From Williopsis jadinii (lineage: Eukaryota): 64,000 nt of DNA. The position numbers and the translations under genes are program-made. Under the pieces are notes generated by a model that made no database searches, had not been told where the DNA came from, and was given only the letters and a program-made list of their open reading frames with translations. The DNA lies in assembly GCA_024346625.1 (NCBI GenBank), contig AP024667.1, positions 744,001 through 808,000 on the forward strand. The letters run 5' to 3'. Below, one piece after another: positions 21,990-30,648 of the stretch (position 1 is the first letter of the stretch; each line of letters begins with the position of its first letter).

Positions 21990-23963
21990 ATGAACCCAAA
22001 CACCATGATGATGATTACTGGTATTACCGGGCTCTTAGTGTTCATATGTGTCGTGGCTGCTGGTGGCCTCGACACCATCTTGTCTGACGAATGGCCTAGC
22101 AATGGTCAGAAGCCAACGGATGAGCAAATCATCCAGCAAACGTTGCACTCATTGACGAGCTTATACTCTAACACCACCAATTTGGATAAATGTCAACGGT
22201 GTAAGTCAACCTTGGATATAGGAAAGGCCATTGCACTGACCAATCCCGAATTGGTGGCTCCAATATTCATTAAATGGTGTGAGATGACTAAACTGGGCTC
22301 TGCTGCTACTTGCAAAAACACATATTCAAGACATACTGTTGAAGCTTCAAGAAGCGGCTCTGACTTTGCCAATGTCTTACAGCTTATGGACCCATGGTCC
22401 GTCGATGGTGATTACCTTTGTCATTTCAAGATGAAGAGCCAATGTCCCTTACCAGAGCTTCCAACCATTGACCTCTCATCATGGTGGCCTGCCAAACCTG
22501 AATCACATATGACAGCACCAACACCTGGAAATGAAACCTTCAACGTGCTTCACATTTCTGATTTCCATATTGAGCTGGACTATACGCTTGGTTCTGAGGC
22601 CAACTGTACCACCAGTGGGATGTGTTGTAACCCCCATAGCTGGAACAAGAATGCAAAACCAGATTCCATTGACAACTCGGATTTGAGATTCTTTGACTCG
22701 TACTACACGGATGAAGGGGTGTTCCAACTCGGAGAAGACATCACTTCAGAGGTGTACAACTCAAGTGTGTGGACACCTGCTCAAGAATTTGGCTTCTACC
22801 AGTGTGACTCGCCAGAGCTTTTGATCAATTCCTCTTTGAAATCGATTGTCGACTATCAGTTGAATAATTCCATGGAGTTTGACTTTGTTATCTTCACTGG
22901 TGATATGGTTGACCATGATGAGCAAGAACACATTAGCTATCAGTCCACCATTGAGTCCCAGGAACATGTTTTGAGAGATCTTAAGAACTACTTCAAAGAT
23001 GTGCCAGTGTATCCTGTGCTTGGTAACCATGATACATTCCCGTATGGACAGCTTGCGTCAGAGGCATCAGGCCATAAGAACTTATACGAGTGGAACGATG
23101 AATTGATGGCCAGTATATGGATTGGCAATGGCTGGATTCCTTTTGATGACTACGATCAGATCAAGAAGCACTACACTGGCTACTCGATCCAAACCAAACG
23201 TGGGTTGAAGGTCATTGCCCTCAACTCCAACAGTTATTACACTGCAAACTACTACAATTATTGGAACATGACCGATGGGATTGACCAATTCGGTACCTTG
23301 AAGTTCCTGGTTGATGAGCTTTTGGAGTCTGAGGCCCAAGGCCAGCGTGTGTGGGTCATTGCCCATGTTCCACCAAATACTCAGACGCTTCCAACTCAAG
23401 CAGAAGCTTACAAGCAGATCTACTCGAGATTCTCGCCATCAACTATTGCTGGACTGTTCTTTGGCCATACACACCAGGATCAATTCACCATGTTGTACGC
23501 CAACGACAACAAGACCATTGAGGATGCAATCATGAACACCTGGATTATTCAATCTGTTACCCCATGGGTTGGGTTCAACCCAGGGTGGAGATACTATGAA
23601 GTTGATACGGAAACTTTTTCCATAATGAACTCCATGAATTTCTACACCAAGCTCAACGAAACCTTTGGCAACGACGGTGCTGAGCCTGTTTGGGAATTCG
23701 AGTATTCTGCTAGAGAAGCATACGATCCTCAGAGTACTTGGCCAGCAGATGCTCCTTTGAATGCCACTTTCTGGGCTACCGTGGCTGAAAGTATCAAGAA
23801 GAGCAATGAAACAGCACAGTTGTATTCTGATTTTGCTTATAGACTGTCTCCATTTGCTCCAGACTGCTCAGACGGTGAGTGTAAAGAGAACTACTGCTAT
23901 GTCTCGTCATTCGGCGTCAATGAATATGAAAAGTGTGCTGGTGAAGGCTCTATTGATTCCTAA
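21990..23963 (+). CDS. Secreted acid sphingomyelinase-like metallophosphoesterase, copy 2
   Basis: Same motif set (HISDFH, FTGDMVDHD, LGNHDTFP, IAHVP, FFGHTH); hydrophobic N-terminus; TATA-like element about 45 bp upstream. Confidence 0.92.
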   Translation: MNPNTMMMITGITGLLVFICVVAAGGLDTILSDEWPSNGQKPTDEQIIQQTLHSLTSLYSNTTNLDKCQRCKSTLDIGKAIALTNPELVAPIFIKWCEMTKLGSAATCKNTYSRHTVEASRSGSDFANVLQLMDPWSVDGDYLCHFKMKSQCPLPELPTIDLSSWWPAKPESHMTAPTPGNETFNVLHISDFHIELDYTLGSEANCTTSGMCCNPHSWNKNAKPDSIDNSDLRFFDSYYTDEGVFQLGEDITSEVYNSSVWTPAQEFGFYQCDSPELLINSSLKSIVDYQLNNSMEFDFVIFTGDMVDHDEQEHISYQSTIESQEHVLRDLKNYFKDVPVYPVLGNHDTFPYGQLASEASGHKNLYEWNDELMASIWIGNGWIPFDDYDQIKKHYTGYSIQTKRGLKVIALNSNSYYTANYYNYWNMTDGIDQFGTLKFLVDELLESEAQGQRVWVIAHVPPNTQTLPTQAEAYKQIYSRFSPSTIAGLFFGHTHQDQFTMLYANDNKTIEDAIMNTWIIQSVTPWVGFNPGWRYYEVDTETFSIMNSMNFYTKLNETFGNDGAEPVWEFEYSAREAYDPQSTWPADAPLNATFWATVAESIKKSNETAQLYSDFAYRLSPFAPDCSDGECKENYCYVSSFGVNEYEKCAGEGSIDS

Positions 23964-24666
23964 GAAACTGCTTCTATATGCTTTTCTCTCTTTTTTTTAT
24001 CTTAGCTCTATAATCCACAATATAAAACATATATCAGTATAGCACGATGTAGATTTCAATTCTGAGGACCCACCAATTGACAACACCGTTCATTTCCATC
24101 TACAAAAGCCTCATAATTGACGATATTGATCTCTTAGTAGTCTTCTCCGGGCAAAATATACTGGTGTCTATGCGCAGTAAGCTGCATACAGCATTGACAA
24201 TATTGAGATTTGAAGCCATGACAGGGCACCAAGATGAAGCCTGTGATGAGCGAGAAACATCAGCTGGTCACCAGAATGAACAATTGACCTGAAGCTACCT
24301 TCAATGAGCAATTAACTGTCTCCATTTCTGAATGTCTTCCACCTAGGATTGACAAAGATTGGCGCATCTCATATGCAACCTCTCGAACCCAGGTGAGACT
24401 GTTGATCTACAAGAATCAAAACCCTGGCCACTCTGATCATCGCCCACGTTGTCTTCGAGAGGACTCTGGTTGCCGGATGAGCCAAAAGGGGAGCCCATAC
24501 CTCACTGTAGCTCGATGAAAGCAGCTGATGAGATCTTAGACCACGAGCTTTGTAAGTAACCCTTGTATCTTGAATGCTTTGTTTCGACGACGTATATATA
24601 ATAACCATTTTCCCCTACAGCCTGAGTCTCCAATTGCTTTCTGATCTAGTCTATAAGCCATCAACA

Positions 24667-26613
24667 ATGAGATTCCTTTCCTGCCTTCTCCCATTGCTTG
24701 CAATTGTTTCTGCCTCCATGCCGGAGGACCTGGAGTCCATTCTGAACGGATGGCCAAACAACTACGACCATCTCACGCCAGACAAGATCGTCCAGGAGAT
24801 CATTGAGACGTTTCCAAACTTCTTCACCAACGGTAGAGTGACTGACAGCTGCCACCAGTGTAAGTCCATCGTTCAAATCGGCAAGAACCTGGCACTGGTG
24901 AAGCCAGATTGGGTTCCAGAGATCTTCACCAAGATCTGCATCCTCAGTGGCATAGCATCTGAGGATACATGCAGAAACTACATGGGAAGAAGCACCGTTG
25001 AGTCTGTCAGTGCTGGTACGGACTACACCAACATGCTTCAATTGATTGACCCGTGGTCGCTGGATGGTGATTATATTTGTTATTTCATTCTGCTACAGAG
25101 ATGTCCACTGCCAGAGTTGCCAAACATTGACCTTTCCTCATGGTGGCCAGAGAAGCCTGAGTCGTCTTACATTGCACCACCACCAAGCAATGAAACGTTC
25201 AATGTCTTGCACATCTCTGATTTCCACATCCAATTGGACTATGAGCTTGGCTCTGAAGGTAACTGTACCAACCTGCTGGGCATGTGTTGTACAGATCACA
25301 GCTGGAACAAGCTCGAGAAGCCAGGCCATGTTGATAACTCGCACCTTAGGTTCTTTGACTCGTACTACGACGATGATGAACAGTTCCAGCTTGGTGATGA
25401 CGTGACCAGAGAAGTCTTCAACGCTAGCGTTTGGGACCCAGCTCAGCAATTTGGGCACTACAAGTGTGACTCGCCAGAACTGCTCGTCAACTCTTCGTTG
25501 AAGTCCATTGTAGACTATCAAAAGGAGAATGATCTGGCTCTCGATTTTGTCATCTTCACCGGTGATATTGTTGATCATGACGAATTTGAAGCCATCAGCT
25601 ACCAAGACACCATTGATTCTGAGACAACAATCTTCAGAGACATGAAGAAGTACTTCAAAAACACCCCAGTGTATTCCGTCTTGGGCAATCACGACACGTT
25701 CCCGTATGGTCAGCTTGCTTCGGAAGCCACTGGTCATAGAAACCTGTATGAATGGAACGACCAATTGGCTGCTGAGTTGTGGATTGGAAACGGATGGCTT
25801 CCTGCAGAGAAGTATGGGCAAATCAAGAAGCACTACACAGGCTACTCTGTTGAGACAAGCAGAGGGTTGAAGGTCATTGCACTGAACTCCAACGCATACT
25901 ATAAAGGCAACTTGTACAATTACTGGAACATGACTGATGGTATTGACCAGTACGGTTCGTTGAAGTTCCTGATCGATGAGCTTGTCGAGTCTGAATCTAA
26001 AGGACAAAGAGTGTGGATCATAGCCCACATTCCGTTCATTGTCGATTCCATCCCAATTCAAGCTGAAGCCTACAAGCAGATCGTCACCAGATTTGCACCA
26101 GCTACCATTGCAGGCCTGTTCTTTGGACACACGCATCAGGATGAGTTCAACGTGTTGTATGCGCATGATAACAAGACAATCGACAATGCTCTCATGAACA
26201 CGTGGATTGCTCAGTCCGTGACACCTTGGATCAACTATAACCCAGGATGGAGATACTATGAGGTCGATAGCGAGACCTTCTCCATCGTCAACTCCTACAA
26301 CTTCTATACAAAGCTGAACGAGACCTTCAACGATGATGGTCAAGAACCAGTCTGGGAGCGTCTGTACAGTGCAAGGGAGTCATACGACCCAGAAGGGAAA
26401 TGGCCATCCAATGCTCCTCTAAATGCCACCTTCTGGGCAACAGTGGCCGAGGACATCAAAGATAAAGGCGATGTGTCTCAATTGTACGCTGGTTTATCCT
26501 TCAGAGAGTCTCCATTTGTTCCAAGGTGTTCCGAGGGAGAATGTGACGACACCTACTGCTATGTCACCTCCTTCACGTTGAACGACTACTTCAAGTGCAC
26601 TGGCAAGTTCTGA
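24667..26613 (+). CDS. Secreted acid sphingomyelinase-like metallophosphoesterase, copy 3
   Basis: Signal peptide MRFLSCLLPLLAIVSA and the same metal-binding motifs. Confidence 0.92.
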   Translation: MRFLSCLLPLLAIVSASMPEDLESILNGWPNNYDHLTPDKIVQEIIETFPNFFTNGRVTDSCHQCKSIVQIGKNLALVKPDWVPEIFTKICILSGIASEDTCRNYMGRSTVESVSAGTDYTNMLQLIDPWSLDGDYICYFILLQRCPLPELPNIDLSSWWPEKPESSYIAPPPSNETFNVLHISDFHIQLDYELGSEGNCTNLLGMCCTDHSWNKLEKPGHVDNSHLRFFDSYYDDDEQFQLGDDVTREVFNASVWDPAQQFGHYKCDSPELLVNSSLKSIVDYQKENDLALDFVIFTGDIVDHDEFEAISYQDTIDSETTIFRDMKKYFKNTPVYSVLGNHDTFPYGQLASEATGHRNLYEWNDQLAAELWIGNGWLPAEKYGQIKKHYTGYSVETSRGLKVIALNSNAYYKGNLYNYWNMTDGIDQYGSLKFLIDELVESESKGQRVWIIAHIPFIVDSIPIQAEAYKQIVTRFAPATIAGLFFGHTHQDEFNVLYAHDNKTIDNALMNTWIAQSVTPWINYNPGWRYYEVDSETFSIVNSYNFYTKLNETFNDDGQEPVWERLYSARESYDPEGKWPSNAPLNATFWATVAEDIKDKGDVSQLYAGLSFRESPFVPRCSEGECDDTYCYVTSFTLNDYFKCTGKF

Positions 26614-26943
26614 GTGCCGGAGTCGTCTTCGCATGCCCAGCTTCCTCTTTATACATACGGATTCTTCTACCCTCAGCTATTGCAATGTTGGTGATGTTCG
26701 TGTAGCTAAACCCGCTGGTAGATTGCCGTGGGGGTCCATATAAGCACAGCGCACTCCCTCGACAGCCTCAATGGCCGTCCAGTGAGTCCAGGCTGGCCTG
26801 GACGGCTCCCTCTGAGCTGTCCAAGGCAGTGATCGACGGCACGACGACCTGCCTAGCGATATTGGTTGGCTCTATCACCATGCCGGCCCCATAGTTTAGT
26901 AGGTGGTGTCCACCTCTAGGGCGATCTGTTTTTCAGGGCAGGG

Positions 26944-26952
26944 ATGACTCAT
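26944..26952 (+). promoter_or_regulatory. Perfect Gcn4/AP-1 site ATGACTCAT
   Basis: Exact 9-bp consensus about 530 bp upstream of the cyclin-like ORF. Confidence 0.6.
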
Positions 26953-26977
26953 TGGACCGTCTCGGCAGGGAGAGAGC

Positions 26978-27095
26978 GCTAGGCAGACGGGCAAGGCCAG
27001 GCAGACGGGCAGAGCGCCAGGCAGACGGGCAGACAGCTACGCAGACAGCTAGGCAGACCACCAGGGAAAGACAGCCAGGCAGAGACCGCTAGGCA
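26978..27095. repeat. Imperfect GC-rich tandem array of AGGCAGAC(GG) units
   Basis: About 8-10 GGCAGA(C/G) units at irregular 8-20 bp spacing. Confidence 0.75.
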
Positions 27096-27478
27096 CACCG
27101 CCAGAGCCACACTGCCTGCCCACCACTGCCCACACTGCCCACCACGCCTACACAACCACCGTGGCACGCCGATACAGCCAGCACTCCCTCACCACATCCT
27201 CAGCTACACAGCACCACGCCAATTGCACAGCACCACCTTTCCGTCGACTGCCCCCCTGCCAGTCCTCCCTGGAGGCCCATACGTCATAGGCATCAACGCT
27301 CGGCTTCGCACGGCGAAATTCATACCCACACTCCCTGCCCGTGTTGTGCCACTACGAGGAAGAAATTTATTCCACGGGCTCGCAAACAACAACACCTCGT
27401 CTAACCTGGCCAAAGTCTCTAGAAAGACCGGATACTGGTGCTCGGTCTCTTCAGTAGAAGCGCTTGAAGGACTGTAAG

Positions 27479-28021
27479 ATGATCTCAGTGCACGAGATGA
27501 GCTCGCCCATTGATTCTCCCTTCCATAACGATTTTGGAAACTACGGTACCGATACGCTTACCCAGACACAGACGTATCAGTTCCAGAGAAGGGTGATACT
27601 ACAGTACGTTATAAACCACTCGTTGAGCCTCATCATCAACGGCTATGGGCCCAAGTTCTGCTGGAACATGGATGACTTGCACAGGAGAGGCGTCTTGTCG
27701 TTCGTGTCGACGCTCTCGAAGAGGTGCGGGCTGTCCCTGGTGCAGTTCCAGCAGGTGTGTGTGGTACTCTCACGGTACCTGGATGCCGTTGACGAGGTTG
27801 ACATCCCGCTCAAGCAGGTGATCCTTGGTGTTGTCATCCTTATCCAGGGCGTGAACTCGAATCCCTGGGATAAGATCACCGGCATCACCAGCCCGGTGAT
27901 TGCCCAAATCGTCGCTCACCTTGGACTGGACGAGTCCGACTTGCAAGTTGACGAGACTGAGATGGACACGATCAACCAACAGATGAAGAGCCTCATATAC
28001 GCGAGATTCAACGTCATCTAA
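27479..28021 (+). CDS. Degenerate Pho85-cyclin (Pcl)-like protein, 180 aa
   Basis: GVLSFVSTLSKRCGLS / KQVILGVVILI / PWDKITGI recall Pcl cyclin-box helices; coding-like codon usage. Confidence 0.6.
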   Translation: MISVHEMSSPIDSPFHNDFGNYGTDTLTQTQTYQFQRRVILQYVINHSLSLIINGYGPKFCWNMDDLHRRGVLSFVSTLSKRCGLSLVQFQQVCVVLSRYLDAVDEVDIPLKQVILGVVILIQGVNSNPWDKITGITSPVIAQIVAHLGLDESDLQVDETEMDTINQQMKSLIYARFNVI

Positions 28022-28248
28022 TGACCTTTCAACGACCCTACAGACATAATTTATTATCACGAACAATACCTACTCTAATGACACGCGTTACACACGCTTC
28101 CCGGGCCTCTGTGTATAAGTACACAACAAATGAATATTCCTATAGCTTAGCCTATATAATAGATGCTTCGACAGGAGAGCTGTAGCTAGGCTACAGCATT
28201 GGTCCGTTTTATAAATACATTAGTCTCTTGGAGCCTCCGTAACCCTTG

Positions 28249-29151
28249 TCATATGTGATCTCTTCCTCTCTGAAGTATACTTTCCAGATCGCCACCACTG
28301 CTCAGCAATCTTTCTCTGTTACGTTTACAGGTGAGAGTGTCGGTGTGTCTCTTCAGGGCATCCTTTCTTGCAAATCCCTTACCGCACTGTTGGCAGATAT
28401 GTGGTAAAACCGGCAGGTGGGCTCTCTGGTGTCGCCTCAAGTCGGAGCTTCTTCTAAAGCTCAGAGTACAATCTTGACATTGGAAGGGCTTTTCATCGCC
28501 ATTTGAAGGGGACGAAGGGTTTGAAGTAGAGCCTCCGAGAGAATTCGGCGTGTACGAATGCTGTGAGCTCGGCGTCTGTTTCGATACCAGCGACTGCGTT
28601 GCCGGTGATGTTGCAATTGGGAATGTGAATGGTCTATTTCCTGTGTTGTTGTTGTTGTTGTTGTTATTATTACTGTTGTAACCACCGTCATTGTTAAAGC
28701 TCTGGTTATTAGCACTGCTTCCGCGCTCCGTCCCATAAACCTGTTTGTTATGGCCCAGCTGGTGTCGCTGGAGACTGAGACTATGCTGCTCGTGCGGTTG
28801 TAACACGTTGATGTTCTCCTCCCGTGCCTCGGACCTCTGTGTGTCCTGTATGTTGAAGTAGTCGAGGTTGAACGTTGGGAAGTTCGTCGCCTTTGTCGAG
28901 TCTATCAACCCGCTCAGCGACGCAATGCTGCTGGCCTGTAGCTGCTGTGAGCCTGAGCCCGTGCTTGACCCGGCAAGCGTATGGCCTTCGTTCCGTGCAC
29001 TGCCATTGCCTTTGCTGAGCGAAGCGTACTGGATCCGACGGAGCAACTCCATAATGGTCGGGTCTATTTGGCTGTTCATCGACGAAGCCACTATCGCTTC
29101 CGCTGCGGCACGGAAGAACCGGCGGTCCTCATCCTCGTCGCTGTTGGACAT
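28249..29151 (-). CDS. MET32: Sulfur-regulon C2H2 factor Met31/Met32
   Basis: FRRSSDLRRHQRAHLPVLPHICQQCGKGFARKDALKRHTDTLTCKRNR and N-terminal FFRAAAEAIV match Met31/32; internal (AAC)n poly-Asn at 28645-28670. Confidence 0.92.
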   Translation of the reverse strand: MSNSDEDEDRRFFRAAAEAIVASSMNSQIDPTIMELLRRIQYASLSKGNGSARNEGHTLAGSSTGSGSQQLQASSIASLSGLIDSTKATNFPTFNLDYFNIQDTQRSEAREENINVLQPHEQHSLSLQRHQLGHNKQVYGTERGSSANNQSFNNDGGYNSNNNNNNNNNTGNRPFTFPIATSPATQSLVSKQTPSSQHSYTPNSLGGSTSNPSSPSNGDEKPFQCQDCTLSFRRSSDLRRHQRAHLPVLPHICQQCGKGFARKDALKRHTDTLTCKRNRERLLSSGGDLESILQRGRDHI

Positions 29152-29680
29152 TTCCTCAGCAAAGCGCTCCTGCTGGCCTATCAGGTCGTGATGTCCCACC
29201 GTCTGGGGAGTTCAGCAAGGGTACTTTCTCCGTCTGGAATATCGCTATTACGAAAGCACGCACGCAACACCACACTCCCAAACACACTCTCACACTTCTC
29301 AACGTGTGCCTATGCCAAAACACACAAAGAAAACCAGTCTCTTGGTCGAGCGTAGCTGAAAACCTCTTGCCCACGCTTCTCAACGGTTCCTCGTTTATAC
29401 CGAAAAGTAAACAGTAAACACTACTGCAGACTCAAACAACCTATGGGGACGCTTTTTCTCGGGGGCCTTCGCTGTCTAATGGAAGAATACAACCTCAACA
29501 ACCAGCCAATGATTCCGTGTGTTCTACTGCTCCCTCGCAAAAGGTCCACTGGAAGGAGACACCGCTGGATTCGATTCCAAGTGTGTGTTTTTATTGCTAA
29601 AACCCACACACTTGCAAACTGCGCTTGTCAAAACTTCACAGGCGGAAGAGCACTGGTACAGGTGAAGTAAGCGCGTCAAC

Positions 29681-29833
29681 TCACGTGAATCTTTGTCAAA
29701 TTTGATCACTGTAGCCACTGCGGAAAAACTGTGGATGGTTTGCGCCACACTCTCCAGGCAGGGTGGTGAGCGGGTTTCGGTTGCGGCACGCACGGAGCGG
29801 ACAGCGAGCTCAGCGGTGCGCTGGAAACTGTGG
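29681..29833. promoter_or_regulatory. MET-regulon module: Cbf1 site TCACGTGA plus two Met31/32 sites AAACTGTGG
   Basis: TCACGTGA 29681-29688; AAACTGTGG 29726-29734 and 29825-29833. Confidence 0.8.
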
Positions 29834-30449
29834 TAAGAGGTTGAAGTCTTAGGGCGCAGTGCCTGGGTTATTCGTTGTGCTTGTTGCGCTGATGGTTGTG
29901 CTGGTTAGCCGAGAGGATGGCCAATGCTCGCTGTGTAGTGGGTGTAGCTGTATTTCTGTTTGGGTGCTGGGGAAGTGCGATTTCGGCCGCTGGTGTTTTT
30001 GTCTGGGGGCCGACCTTGGGGTTGCTGGAGCTGTAAGCTGATTCCACCCGGCTTAGCACTCCACAATGGGAACACAACATGGGGATACAACATGAGGATC
30101 AGTCCCAGCTCGGTGTGACTGCCCCCAGCACCGTGTTGTAATTCGCTGCTGCTTGCGTCGTGCGCACTCGTAGCGATATGTGCTGGCACGTCGCACCGGT
30201 TAATGCGATACCTACCTTTGCCTTTATACGTCAAGCTACAACCTACAGTGGAGCACACCTTGGATGCTTCACCCTGCCTGGCGCGTGCTCTCATGGCAGT
30301 GTGACGAATACACACACCAGGGGTGGAATTGCTACGAGGATCCCGTCAGGCAACCTCGAGGCAGCGCTCTACGCCGTCTGCCCTGGAACGTGAACTCCCA
30401 ACTCGAACGTTTACCTGTCTCCGTAACCCTGGACACTCAGCTGTGGCCC

Positions 30450-30502
30450 TGGGTGTCGGGTGTTCGGGTGTTCGGGTGTCTGCACTGGATGTCCCGGTGT
30501 CT
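30450..30502 (+). repeat. 8-bp periodic GGGTGT(T/C)C array (Rap1-site/telomere-like)
   Basis: TGGGTGTC GGGTGTTC GGGTGTTC GGGTGTCT, then GGATGTCC and GGTGTCT. Confidence 0.7.
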
Positions 30503-30648
30503 GACAACCACAAGAAAACCCACCGCAGGGGAAAAACAACAGACAAACACACTATGCGATCCCCTAGCAGATTTACTCCCTTGAAGTGTAAACAAGACAA
30601 CAACAACCCTTTGGCGGTACCACGGAGAAAGGAGGGCGGCGCTTAAAG

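Noticed and set aside
25138..26343. 401-aa antisense ORF inside phosphoesterase copy 3
   Set aside because: Codon-bias shadow in the mirror frame; the equivalent frames in copies 1 and 2 are broken; no motifs
26978..27095. Repeat arrays considered as CRISPR-like or mobile-element termini
   Set aside because: Eukaryotic context; no unique spacers, LTR ends, TIR/TSD pairs or transposase/RT ORF
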